Part shown: piece after piece, positions 37,535 to 50,088 of the stretch
How the letters are laid out: each line of letters begins with the position of its first letter
Position numbering within the stretch: the stretch's first letter is position 1
Assembly: GCF_018977255.1 (NCBI RefSeq)
Contig: NW_024704742.1
Coordinates: 930,001 to 994,000 of the forward strand
Source: Callorhinchus milii
Taxonomy: Eukaryota
Length of the DNA stretch: 64,000 nucleotides
Direction of reading: 5' to 3'
The notes under the pieces: generated by a model
Database searches by the model: none
What the model saw: only the letters and a program-made list of their open reading frames with translations
Told to the model about the DNA's origin: nothing
Made by a program: the position numbers and the translations under genes

Positions 37535-38280
37535 AATGGTTTCTCCTCCCGGCCCTGCCCGGTCACCTGCGAGGTACCCTAGGGTTCCATCCTTGGCCCT
37601 CTTTCTTTCCTTATCTATATGCTCCCTGTGGGTGGTGTCATCCGCAGACACGAGGTAAACTTCTACATGTGTGCGGATGATCTACTTTATCTACTTTGCC
37701 TCTTCCAGGTCCACCGATGGGCCTGGAAACTTCCTGCAGCTGAATATGGACAAGATGGAAGCTATATTCCTTGGCTCCCGTCAACGCCTTCACTCCTGTG
37801 GATCTAAACTCCTCAACCTCCCTAGGCTCACCCTCAGACTCACCGAACCATTGCGCAACCTAGGCATCCGGTTCAATCCCCAACTGTCCTTCCTCCCCCA
37901 CATCTGGTTCCTGAGCAGGACCGCCTTCTTCCACTTCCACCAAATTGCCCACCTCCGACCGTACCTTACCCCAAATGCAGCTGAAACCCTTGTGCATGTG
38001 TTTGTCACCTCCCGCCTGGATTACTCAACGCACTCCTCGACGATCTCCCCAACTCCACCATTCACGAGAATCAGCTCATTCAGAACTCTGCCGCCCGTGT
38101 ACTGATCTGGAACAAACTCCCTACCCACATCTCACCAATTCTGGCCCTGGCTCCACTGGCTCCCCATCACCGAACGGATGGACTTCAAGATCCTCTCACT
38201 CTCATGTTCAAATCCCTCACTCCCTGGTACCTCCCTCCCTCCCCGACCTCCTCACTCCTCAAGCCACCACCCGCCACCTG
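37535..38280 (+). mobile_element. L2 LINE ORF2 (RT) pseudogenic fragment
   Basis: EVP*GSILGPL...IYMLPVGGVIRRHEVNFYMCADD, then LQLNMDK.EAI...RNLG..F.PQLSF.PHI...IAHLRPYLT..AAETLVHVFVTSRLDY; frameshifted. Confidence 0.9.
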
Positions 38281-38284
38281 CTAA

Positions 38285-38480
38285 AGTGACAAGTGAAACT
38301 TGCGTAAAGTGTATTTTAGAGGTGAATGCTAGTCAATGTGTGCACAGCGTTGTTCCCACAAACACCCATGAAGTGAATTATCTATTTCATCTGGGGGCCG
38401 GGATTGTTGGCTAGGACACAGGGAGACACCCGCTCCTCTTTTCAAGTAGTGCTATGCGATCTTTAACGTCCACCGGAACA
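38285..38480 (-). mobile_element. Deu-domain SINE fragment
   Basis: GTTCCCACAAACACCCATGAAGTGAAT...TAGGACAC...AGTAGTGCTATGCGATCTTTAACGTCCACC. Confidence 0.65.
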
Positions 38481-38772
38481 TGTCAGAAATGTGACACATG
38501 ATCTGGTGTATCACATATACGCCCTCTATTAAATGGGAACTGATATTTAAGCAGTACCAGTGTTAGAGACGTTTGGGTCCAAACCTACAGGAGAGAAGTA
38601 CAGTAAAGCCTCATTACAACATTGCTCGGAACCCATAAAATCTAAAGCACAACAGGTGTTGTCACTGTACATGTGCAATGCTGGCTGGTTCCCATGCTCT
38701 ATAAAAAAAGGCCATTCCATGGGTCATTAGGGTCACTAATGATGTCGCATCTTGTGTACTGTGCACGTGCGC

Positions 38773-38850
38773 ACAGCGCCTTGGGACGTCCTCCTGACGT
38801 GAAAGGCGCTTTATAAATGGAATCTTGTTGTTGTTGTTGTTGTTGTTGTT
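38773..38850 (+). mobile_element. young L2 tail-only insertion
   Basis: CAGCGCCTTGGGACGTCCTCCTGACGTGAAAGGCGCTTTATAAATGGAATC followed by a pure (TTG)n tail. Confidence 0.85.
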
Positions 38851-40259
38851 GGAAGACCTGGACATTGGACATTACAGTACAAGATATGGATGGCGTGCAG
38901 GGAAGAACAGACTGGCCTCGGCGTGAGTGGGGTTCACATTTGCATCTGCGCTAAAACTGAATTTGCGCTGTTAAAAAAAAAGACATTATAATTGTACATA
39001 ATAATATTTATTGTTAGCGCCTCATCATCATATCTTCGACATTTCTCAAAGTGCTTTGCGGTATTTTAATGTAAGGCGTAGTGATTGGGTTGTGCATTTA
39101 CCTGTGACCGCAGCAGCCAAGTTACACACAGCAATGCCTCACAAATGGTTGTGGAGCAAACGACCAATTTTATCTGGAAGATCGCTGTCCATTGATTTAA
39201 GTGCTCCCAATGGAGGGATCTACATAAATGCAAGTTGTTGTTGATTCCTACAAATGCACAAAAAAGACCCTTAAGCTTTCCTTCCTGTGACATTGGTCGT
39301 GGTCTCAGCCGTTCAGCAACTGTTAAGTTCCACCCAACATTTGATGACCTCTTTGCATAACTTACCTTCATACCAAATGTTATGCTCTGGGTTAAACAAA
39401 CTGGTTGATCTTGCCTTCACTGCTTCAGCTGTGATTCTGTTTGACAAACTTTTCTGTCATATTTCTTTACACATCATGACTGTTTTCTCTCTGAAGAACG
39501 TACGACCCATAAATAATATTGTTCAAAACTAAGATACCTTGAAGCTGACACAGGTGAGACGGAAAGAAAATACTCTAACCCACATTACTTCTCGGCAGGA
39601 CGAAAAACTGAGGGCACTTTAAGATTCAGTTGAAAAACTATTTTTCACCCTGAAATGTGCTGAAAAATGTCAACAAGGACTTGTTTTGTCTGCAACGAAG
39701 AAAAAAAAAGGACACTGACTTGTTTGGGAACACACACTTGACAATTTCCCCCTTGAGGGAGAGCGCAGCACAAAGAGATTGGGTGTCCAGATCAAGGACA
39801 CACTGGCAATTGTAATTGCATTTTGTAATACATCTCAACAATCAGTTATGGCTGGATTTAAAGAGCCCAGACTGCTCTTTGATTGATTATGAGTGACTAA
39901 TGGTGAAGGTAACAATAAATCTCAACAAGAAAACAAACGGGAGGAGGAATGATTAGTTCACTGAGTGAAACTGTACACAATTTCTCCAGTTTCTTGCCTA
40001 GGAAAATAAGGTCAAGAAGACTGAGCGAGACGTAGTGAAGTGTGTTGTGGTTAAGCTTTGCCCCGCTGCTTGCGCACATTCCGGGACTCGAGATTTCTTA
40101 CGGTTTTAGCCTTAGGACCACTGTCTTGAAATTTAACATTTGTGGAAAATTCTTAAATTCCGTCTGTATCTGAGAAGCTGTTTTTTTTTTTGCGGCTCTT
40201 TGATTGGCTTCCAAATTAAGATTGAATTCAAGAGCTCTTAATTTGACATCTTAAATTTC

Positions 40260-40415
40260 CGCCAATCGATTAACAACCGGGTTCCCGCTTACTGCGAGGT
40301 AAACAGAGACGTGTGGAGTAAGCGAACTTGCCCAATGTTTCTCCCCGACCTGGCAATCGAACCCAGGTCCTCTCGCTTGCGAGGCGAGTGCCCTAACCAC
40401 CAAGCTACAGGACTC
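40260..40415 (-). mobile_element. SINE family A 5' half
   Basis: Reverse complement begins GGAGTCCTGTAGCTTGGTGGTTAGGG...GGTTCGATTGCC. Confidence 0.8.
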
Positions 40416-40757
40416 CGGAAATGGAGCACTCCGAGAATGGCTGAAAGCTCACTTACCGATGGTGGGGAGGATCAGGGGGGAGGACATGAAGCAGGCCAAG
40501 TGGATGCTGCCTATTGAGTGTGCGGGTGAATCAAATGCGAATTAACTGGAATATTTAAGAAACTCTGACCTTCACATAAGTTTGATCATTTGAGCTTGTT
40601 CCTGACTAATTCTATTAATTTCCATTCAGCCAATTCCATTCCAGGTCTGATCAAAGGATCAGGTTTCTTGGCAACCCAAGCATGTAGTATAAGGACTCAG
40701 TTGCCCTTTGATAAAGTTTGCTACATGAGGATATCCTACTACCAGGATATCCTACTA

Positions 40758-41088
40758 GTGGAGTCCTGTGGCTCAGTGGTTAGAGCACTCTCCTCGCAAG
40801 CGAGAGACCTGGGTTTGATTCCCGGCGGGGGGCCAAACCTTGGGTAAGTTTCCTTACTCCACACACCTGATAATAATCCCTCAAGAAAAAAAATAAAATA
40901 AATTGTTCATTTTCAATCCACGGCTGTGTGTGGGGACGCTGCTGTGCGCAAATTGGCTGTCGTGTTTCGCCCACAAATATACAGTCAATTCACTTTACAG
41001 TATGTTCTGTGAAGCGCTTTGAGAGGTCTAGAAGATGTGAAAAGCGTTATATCAAATGCAAGGATTATTATTATTATCATTATTATTA
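40758..41088 (+). mobile_element. tRNA-derived SINE, family A (short subtype), full length
   Basis: A/B boxes, CCTTGGGTAAGTTTCCTTACTCCACAC, Deu-like block, (TTA)n tail. Confidence 0.9.
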
Positions 41089-41687
41089 CCAGCTGATTGA
41101 CTCTCAGTCATTTACCTGAGTAAGACAGGCTATGAAACGATGGTGGTGGAAGGTAGCTTATTCTCGAATCTTGCCAGTGTGGCAGCAAGGTTGGACTGAT
41201 AACGGTGTTGCTAAACACATGGTGATAATCTTTAATATTTAACCCGGGATGAATTATGACTGAGCTGGAAACTGTTTTGCTGAGAAGGGGAAAAACAGGC
41301 CACCTGTATTAAATCACTGAAGCTGAGGCTGGCTGAAGCAATCATTTGCTTAAGATTTATTGCAAAGAGGGATTGAGCAACTGTTGCACTGCACCCTATA
41401 ACCTAGATTACTGAACACCTTTAGGCAATCTAGCACAGTTTACTGACTTCCAGCTATAAACTTTCTCACAGGATATAGCTAGACCAGGTGTCCAAAGCCA
41501 TCTATTAACTTGCCGCAACTCAAAGGGGTTCTTACAAACCTGTTGCACTGCCCCAGCCGGGAGAGAGGAACTTATCGGAGCCTTTCAGGTGTGGTTTAGG
41601 CCTTTCATTCAAGTGGTAAATGCAATAGCACGGGTTGCTTCACCCGTTCCTCGCTTTGAAGTGATGGTCGCTCTGGGCAGCGCAGCC

Positions 41688-41740
41688 CACTCACTCACTC
41701 ACTCACTCACTCGCTCGCTTGCTCGCTCACTCGCTCACTG
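41688..41740. repeat. (CACT)n/(CGCT)n compound microsatellite
   Basis: CACTCACTCACT...CGCTCGCTTGCTCGCTCACTCGCT. Confidence 0.9.
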
Positions 41741-42058
41741 TTATCTGAGCTTCAACTCAAATGACTTTTAAATCCTTTCTTTTCACAGAAGTAGCATTTG
41801 GCACGCTTGGGTGGCTGAAAAATTAATCCCGTCAATCGGGAGACGCTAAAGAAAACTGACTCCCCTCCCACAGAATCATAACGTGCTCTGGGATACGTCT
41901 CAATGATAATCCTGTGGGTAAACAACTGCGGATTTAACCCTTTATTAACTGAACCCTGCAAAGCGATAAGCCGATGATCTCTGCCAATGTTGCTCTGTAA
42001 CTGGCTTCCAGGATGATTCACCTGCTGCTCTGCCTAACTTTGCAAGGCCAAAGCCCTT

Positions 42059-42174
42059 ACCTGACCATTTCCCCCCTGCTCGGGTCATGACCCAACTGTG
42101 CAGCGCCTTGGGACGTCCTCCTGACGTGAAAGGCGCTCTATAAATGGAATCTTGTTGTTGTTGTTGTTGTTGTT
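42059..42174 (+). mobile_element. young L2 3' end, near-identical to the copy at 4-120
   Basis: CTGACCATTTCCCCCCTGCTCGGGTCATGACCCAACTGTGCAGCGCC...(TTG)n; possible short TTACC target duplication. Confidence 0.9.
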
Positions 42175-43239
42175 ACCGGTGGAGTGATTCTACCTGGACA
42201 AGCAGTGGGAAGCTTGTTAGGCAGTACTTTCGATGATGAGGTAAACAGTTTTAGCTGGTTAGACTCCAGCACTACCCCAACGCACACTCTCCAAGGCTCT
42301 TGCTAACCTGTACTTTATTCTCTCCAGAATTCAATAAGCAGTGTACATCCTTCCAGGGAGAGAGTATGCCTTCTATTCCCGATACAGGGGAATTTCCATG
42401 TGTAGGTGGCAATGCATATATGGAACTCTCAGTCTGGTTTGGATACTCATGAGCACATGTCAAACACCCGGCTGACTGAAAAAAAATCCGTCTCTGTCTT
42501 CCTTCTGGGAAACGAGCTTGCTTTTACTTAGTTCTTTCCTTCAGATAACCTAAAAGAAATCGAGACGTGACGAAGGTGGGAATGGAAACCTGGGACCTTC
42601 CTTTCTGTGAAACACCTTGTCGACAATATTGTTACGGAGCGCATACAAATTAAAGGAATACGAACGTATGAGAGTGGGGGATGCACTGCACAATAGATAT
42701 CTGTCATTCAGCATTCACATGAAATGTAAACTGGATGTCAAACTTCCGGGCAATGGACTGCAGCTTATGTCTTGACAAATACGCAGCGCTGATCCCAATT
42801 GTCGAACGTCCTGTGCGAATGTGGTCGGACACCGATGACAGGGAGTTGCAGACAGCTTGTGTCCACAGCGACAGCTGCTCTATTGCAAGAACCAACCCGA
42901 ACGAAGTCAAGCCTCCGCATCAACTGCAGCAGGACTCGCTGTGTATGATGCACCACTGGGTCTGGTGTCACATGCCCAGGAAATCATTTTCGTATTTCGT
43001 GAAGTTGCCACCACACAAAGCTGGAAACAGACGGCAACTGTGAGCAAACAATGGCTCACAGGGTTTCCCGGGCACATTCACCACTCAAACGCGCTGCTCA
43101 TTCTCATGGTTTCAATAATAAAGGTGCCTTTGGCCCTCTTTGACAGGATGTTCAGACCAGGCTCAATTCTTGGAGCAGTCCGTAACATTTTGCCTCGAGA
43201 ACCTTGTTTTGCCGATTGCCTCGTTACCATCAGATGCTG

Positions 43240-43710
43240 TGCGACGTCCCAAGGCACTTGACAGTCGTGGCTCGGCACTGGAGCTGGGGATGGGAACCGA
43301 GGGATGGGGGGGGGTGCAGTGGAGAACAACAATAACAACAACAAAATTACATTTATAGAGCACCTTTCGCGTCGGGAGGACGTCCTAAGGCGCTGGACTG
43401 TCAGGAAAAAAAAGAAAAAAAGAAGGAAAAGATGACCAAAAGTGCGGTCAATGAGGCAGGTCTTAAGACGGTCTTTGAAAGAGGTGAGGGAGGGGGTGAG
43501 TTGGAAGGATTCCGGGATGGAGTTCCAAAGAATTGGAGCAGATAGGCCTGGTGGGCTGAGCACGGTGGGGAACGTGAAGCAGACCGGTGGCTGCTGAGGG
43601 AAGGAAGGTTTGAGGAAATGGTAGAGCAAGGTGAGGAATACTGTGGAGGGATTTGAAGGTGAGGACGAGGATCTTGAACTTGATCTGCGAGGGACGAAGA
43701 GCCAATGGGT
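43240..43710 (-). mobile_element. L2 LINE 3' end(s)
   Basis: Minus strand reads IKFKILVLTFKSLH...LWNSIP...SFKDRLKTCL plus tail; a second partial tail lies at ~43240-43320. Confidence 0.85.
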
Positions 43711-43759
43711 ATATTTCTAGGTTTACGACATAAAGGAGGCTGCAAACACCTTATGGAGC

Positions 43760-44190
43760 AATGAATAGGAGAGCAATGAAGATTATTCTCAGGGTTAGAG
43801 GAATGAGCTGTGAATAATGATTAGATAAGTAAAACTGTCCAGCTTTGTAAAGGGATGCCTTGGCGAGGGGACATTATACTATTTTAAACCACTGATAAAG
43901 TAAACTTAGCACAATTCCTTCAGATACGCCAAGGTAACAAAACAAGAGGGTACAGATTCAGGGTTGCAAAGGGCAATTTCAGGACGGACATCCAAAAAAT
44001 GTCTTCACTTTAACAACAGGTTAAATTGGTTACCAGGAAGGATTGGTTAAGGCCAGAACCAGAACAGTGGACTCATTTAAGAAGCAGCTCGACGCTGTGA
44101 TAGGCGGAGAGCAAGGTGAGTATTCGGGAAGGAACAGATCAAATGGGTCGAAGGCCCGTCCCCATCCAAACCGCTCTTGTGATTTTGTGA
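43760..44190 (+). mobile_element. decayed CR1 3' fragment
   Basis: ACAAGAGGGTACAGATTCAGG...TTTAAGAAGCAGCTCGAC...AATGGGTCGAAGGCC. Confidence 0.7.
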
Positions 44191-46569
44191 TGAGCAGCCA
44201 TCCCGCGCTCGCTATCCCTCAACACGGCAAGCAGCGTTATGTAAAGTGCATAGAACGAGAGCCTCCATTATAAACTGGTAATCTAAAAAAAAATCTGTGT
44301 TTTGAATGGTTGACATTTGATCAATCCTACTCTCAAGACTCAAAAATGAATAACGACAACAACTTGCATTTATACAACGCCCTTCGCGCAGGATCGTGTC
44401 TTGGAGCGCTTGCAAATAACAGCTGCTAAGGGGTGCAGGTCCGAGAGATGGATGAAACTTTCATTAGTTGAAGTCTGGTTTGATCAAGATGTTCAGTGAT
44501 GTGATCGTTATCGTGAGTTTTCACCGCTTCAAGTGAACGATTGCTCGAGAAAGGAGAAATGCAAGGTTGGCAAATCAGGAAAGCCTTAAATTAGTAACTG
44601 TCTGACAATGAATGATTCTACCACTTTTCTTTTGACGCGCAGGCTTACGCTTTTATTTTAGTGGTTCACATGATCTGAAGAGATCCCAGTGTACCTAAAA
44701 GTACACGAAACACGGGCAGCTAAATGATCACATGTATCGGGGCATGATTTATTAGATAATTAATAATAAGCACTGAGTACATTAAAGGTGGCTGGAGCAT
44801 GTCTGTACTGCTCCTTCTTTGAATGTTATACCTCACAGCAAATTGTAAAGTTAAAGTGAGAGGATTAAAGTTACAAATCCCACATAATTCACTTTTAATG
44901 CAGCGGTATTGCTGCTTTCTTCTCCGCTGTGCTCAGATTGTATTTCACGCTTCAAGGACAGAATGCAGGAGGATTGCAGAGACTTGTTTCCTTTCACGAT
45001 AGGAAGACAACGGAGGGAAGGTGCAGACTTGGGGGGGAACGAATGTTCTCCGGGACACAAAGGGTTTGGGGGCTGCTGACACCCGATCTAATCAGAAGGA
45101 ATGGCGAGAGGGTTTAAAGGAGACTGGTCGAGACACCACACTTCTCACGTTCTAAGATTATGCACAGGTTTTTTTTGTGTGATCGCATGATTCTATAATT
45201 CAGCTTTAATTTGGAAACTGTTCGCCCACGGTTCCAAAACCCGGCTTCCGAAGTATTACCTGAAGCTAAGCATTTGCCAAACAAATTCTGGGTGGTGTTG
45301 GAATTTTAAGACAAGAGTCTTAATTTCGCTCACAAAACACAGTCATTCCACTTTACAGTATGTTCTGGGAAGCGCTTTGAGACGTCTCAATGACGTGATA
45401 AGGCGCTACGTCAAATACACGGCTTATTATTATTATTATTATTGTTATTATTATTAACTAAACCCATGAGAAATGTCATTCATCATGTTTGAAGACTGGA
45501 GATGTGAAAATGGATGAATATGCTGCAATTTTTACTTGATTGCCTTTGGGGATAAGGGAATCTCTGTGAAATCTGGGTGTGCTATATTTGGGGGTGGGGG
45601 TTGGGGGCGGGTGGGGGGTTCACAAGGGGATAGGATTTCCATGGAAGGAGCATGACTATATATACTCCGATATACAGTCCTATCCACTTATGTTGACATG
45701 TCAGGGACCATTCGAGTTTCGTCTACATAGACGTTCACAAGTGGACAATATGTATTCTGTGATTAAAATTTGTGTACTGTGTATTTACATGTGTTTTCCT
45801 TCATTTATTTTAAAATAATCACACATTTAATTAAAATTCTTGAACCATTTATATACATGTATTTTCATTAACTTATTTACAGACACTTTGTTTATTTACA
45901 GAAACAGTCACTTAAGTAAAAAAATAGTCATTTAAGAGAACCCTGTCAACATAAGTGGTACTAAATCAATGGCTTTAATGGTGTGCCTTGATGTAAGGCC
46001 TTATCACATCATTGAGACATCTCAAAGTGCTTCACCGAATATACTGCGAATTGACAGTATATTTTGTGGGCGAAACCTTTGCACGTTTTTGGCAATATCA
46101 ATGGGAAGTCGACATATCTGGGCTTGAGATAAGTGGTAGGACTGTTACGTACATGCACAAAAATACCAAATATGCTGCCACTGTAATCAACATACAGGAC
46201 ACCCTACGCCACAGTGGATATTGCAGCAAACCCAAAGTCCCTGTACTAAATTACAACTTCCAGTGTGTACCTGGAATTGAGAAATTCACTCATGAATTTA
46301 CTGGATAAAGAACTAGTTTAGTAACGAAAGAGATGGGATAACCCAAGCTGCCTTACTGAGCAACGGCAAATTATATAACCTATGAACCTCTCCATTTGCC
46401 CCACTCCATCCAACCTCGAGTGGCATCACACAGTCCAAATTGATGAAGCTACTAATTTTGTCCTCGCAAAGTTGCTGAGCAGGAGACATTTGGAAGATTC
46501 CACAGAGGATTCCACAGATCCTAAAATGCTCCTTGTATGTGTATCATGTGTATCCCCTCAAATTCCACT

Positions 46570-46870
46570 TGAACCCCTATCTTCCTTGATAGGTCTCTCT
46601 GCCACTTTTGATCCTGTCGACCACCCTATGCTTCTCCGCCACCTCTCCTCCAGCTCCACGGTTCTGTCTTAACCTGGTTTCACTCTCACCTATGCCAACA
46701 TGTCCACTTAGCCGCTTCTGACAGCTTCTCTTCCAGCCCCTGCACTGTAACATGTTGTATTCCTCGCTCCTCTCTTCTTCACTAATCTATGTGCTCTCAT
46801 TCAGCGATCTCATCCACAGACATGGAATTAATGTGCATGTGTATGTGGATCACACCCAATTCAATCTTCC
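46570..46870 (+). mobile_element. old L2 RT fragment
   Basis: LSATFDPVDHPMLL resembles the RT motif DLSAAFDTVDH.ILL. Confidence 0.7.
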
Positions 46871-47649
46871 CGTTGAAGATACAAAATATATTTTCCAGAG
46901 GGTATGACGTAAGCCTTCAGATGAAGGCATTTCTGTTGACAAACTGAGATAGTACTCCTTTGTGAGTGAAAGTTTTTGGCAAACTCTTTTTCTGTCTTTG
47001 TCGAACTGCAGTGGTGCGTAATAAATTATGCCAATACGCACTGTTGCATTACAAAAATATCAGTAGGTTGCGTGAGTGCGGTGTTCTGATCACTTGTTCT
47101 GCTGCTCCTCGCTCTTCCGACCTGGTGAACAGCCAGTGCCCTCGAAGCACTGGGTAGAATTCCAGTGGGTGCTGTGGACAACCAACATTAATTTGGGTTT
47201 GCTTCAGTTTACCCGGGCAGTTTGTGGTACATCTGTGAAATCGCAGATACATTCACTGAGGCCCATTTGTACCGCAGTGAGAATTATAACACCGAGTGTT
47301 ACTTTGTCCACTCATTACCCCATGTGAATGACTACACTGCCCAGTTTCTATTCTAATACATAGATATCATGGGTAGTTACTGTGCGCAAACAGTTTGCAG
47401 GCTACGATTTGCACTCAATCACTGTTACCTTACACTGAGTGTTCTCTATGTGCATGTTTCTAGCAGGAAACCTTTCGAATTTGTATATGTGACATGCGGT
47501 TATGAGTGTGCAGCTACATATATAGCAGTTCCAGCTTATAGCTACAGGCAAACATTACATGTACTCTCCTTTGAAACCTTTGACGCATCTTGTTCTTTTG
47601 AATAAGCAGCTGGAAGATCACCAGTGTCATACTCTAGGGCCGAGAGTCA

Positions 47650-47950
47650 AGGCTGACACTCCAGGGCATTACTGGGTGGGAGGGGGGCGCGGTGGGGGGT
47701 GGGGGGGGCATGGCAATGTTGGAGGTGCCAGCCTTCAGGTGAGATGTTAAACTTGAAATCCCATCACTATTTGAAAATAACAGGGAGTTTCTGCAACAGT
47801 CCTCCAGATATAACTGGTCATTCACTTCACTGTGCTGTGCGGGATTGTTGTGTTCAAATTGGCTGCTACTTTTGCATACGAAATACACAGTCACCGACAC
47901 TGGTTAGGTGCTCCGAGACGCTACAGACTCTATGTGAAATGCTAGTATTT
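47650..47950 (+). mobile_element. Deu-domain SINE fragment
   Basis: GGCTGACACTCCAG...GGAGGTGCCAGCCTTCAGGTGAGATGTTAAAC...AAATTGGCTGC. Confidence 0.7.
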
Positions 47951-49794
47951 TTATTTTCGGACAAAAGTCATTGCAGGGGGACTTGCACCCCACTGAATAA
48001 TAGTTTGTTACTTCTCTGCAGGCAAATTCTGGGCTTTCAGGAAACAATCTCTTCATGGTATATGACCATGGTTTAAACAGAGAGTTCGGGGGGCTGTTAT
48101 GGGTGGGTGGGGGGAGCGGGGAGGATGGGAAGGGGCATCAACAAGAAACGGGGTTTGTTCCGCTTGTAGATAAGACCTTCAGATCGACTTGTGACTTTAC
48201 TATTTGTGGGTTACAATGTCTTCCACGCTGGCAGGATCAAGTGCATATCCTGCTGTCCTCCATTGTTAGCCCACTATGGACACTGCACGCTGTGAAAGAC
48301 ACTGCACTGAGCTCAGAGGGTTTACAAGGGGAATACTGTGACTCTTTGTACTCGACGCGTCCTCTGTCAAAACACCAAAGCCGCCGTTTCATTTTTTTTT
48401 TTCGGAGCCACAGTCGACGTGTTTCCACCGGTGACCCTAACGTGAAACCGAGGAGGCTTCTCGCCCCCGGCAGGATTGTACCCCGCAGCTCAAGCCAGGC
48501 AGACCTGTATCAGGGCAAACAGTCCTGCTTTACATCACTGCATATTGTGATTCAATTCAAATCAAATTACAACTTTTAATCACCATTAGTTCCACAGCAG
48601 TACTTAAAAGCCATTCTTGCTCAAAAGTTCAGCAGACTGTAGCTAACAAGTTGACATTCAGGCTACATTAGCCACCAATGGCTGGTTGCATAAGCCGCTT
48701 GTTAATGATTTATGAAATGTCTACACAGGCAACCTAGAATCGTCTCGTGCAAACAATTGGTTACTTATTACCAGATGCACTCAATAGCTATGCTACGGGG
48801 CTCTTTAGAAAAAAAGAAAGCCTACATAATCTGGAAGTTGGCACAGCAAGGATCCGTTTCTGGCACTGTATCGTGCGAGTTTGTATCTCGTTATACCTTT
48901 AATGGTTGTCTCAGACACCGGTTGCTATTCCTTGTTGGTTTTTTTTTTGGTGGGTGTGGGGGGGAAAGAGGAAAAAGAAACTGAAAAGAGAAACACTTGA
49001 TCATCCTGTTGCTCAGCTGCATACGAACCATTACGTGCCTAATCTGGACCTTGGAGGACTTTCGTAATTGGCTTGTGCACAATAAGGTCATTGTGCGGTG
49101 CTGATATTCGGAAGTGAACCTCAAGCTTGCATGATAAGTAAACAGAGGGAAGGAACTAATCAATTTAGAGCTTTTACTGAACAACTTCTTATCTTGATCT
49201 TGCTCCAGTATTGCTCCAGTAGTTAAATATTATAAAGTAACGTGTTCCAAAAATGTTTAAAGAGACAGCACTCGTCCACTCCGGCCCCCGGGTTTAAAGA
49301 GGCAGTGTGTCTTTTGTTGCTCTGCTTAGGAAATCTCCCTCAGGGACAAAGCTGTTCTTTTGTTGCGCCACTTAGACGAGTGGATTTTACAGGGAGAGTG
49401 TTGATTTTGTTGCTTTACCCAAGGAAGCAGTCTTAAAGAGACACTGGAGCTAAAAATGTGCCTGAATGGCGTAACCACTGCGCTAAAAAGTGCCCTTGAC
49501 ATGAACTGTGTTGTCTACAGGGAATTCACTGTACACTGTGCAGATTCGAGATCTCATCAGTGCCGAGGTCTTGTGAGTCAAGGGGACATCGCCTGCAATC
49601 CTTCCGGATACTAGACTTTATGTTGTCATTGCCTTTCCGGAGATAACAAAACAGTTATTCTGTTTGAACACTTTCTTAGCCGTAGTATCTGTCCATTTTT
49701 GTCTGATTTACGGAACAGTTGTACAGTGATAACTGACACATTCTATTGCCTAAAGTTCACAAACAATGAACTGCATGTTTTTTCCCCGTATTAT

Positions 49795-50088
49795 AGTAAT
49801 AATAGTCCTTCCATTTGAGATAGCGCCTTATCACATCATTGAGACATCTCAAAGCGTGTCACAGAATATCCTGTAAAGCGAATGAACTGTATATTTTGTG
49901 GATGAAACGCGGAGCCAATTGTGCACAGCAGCGTCCCACAAATAGTCAGGGATTGAGTGAATAATTCATTATTATTAGATTTTTTTTTGAAGTGATTATT
50001 ACGCCCGGAAAAGCGATCTGCCAATCGACTAACAATTAGGTTCCTGCTCACTGCTAGGTAAACAGAGGCTTGTGGAGTAAGGAAACTT
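49795..50088 (-). mobile_element. SINE family A (long subtype), 5'-truncated
   Basis: Tail, Deu-like and CORE-like blocks on the minus strand. Confidence 0.85.

Noticed and set aside
43078..43745. Overlapping 183/114/80-aa ORFs
   Set aside because: Explained by decayed L2 ORF2 C-terminus and tail; not a host gene
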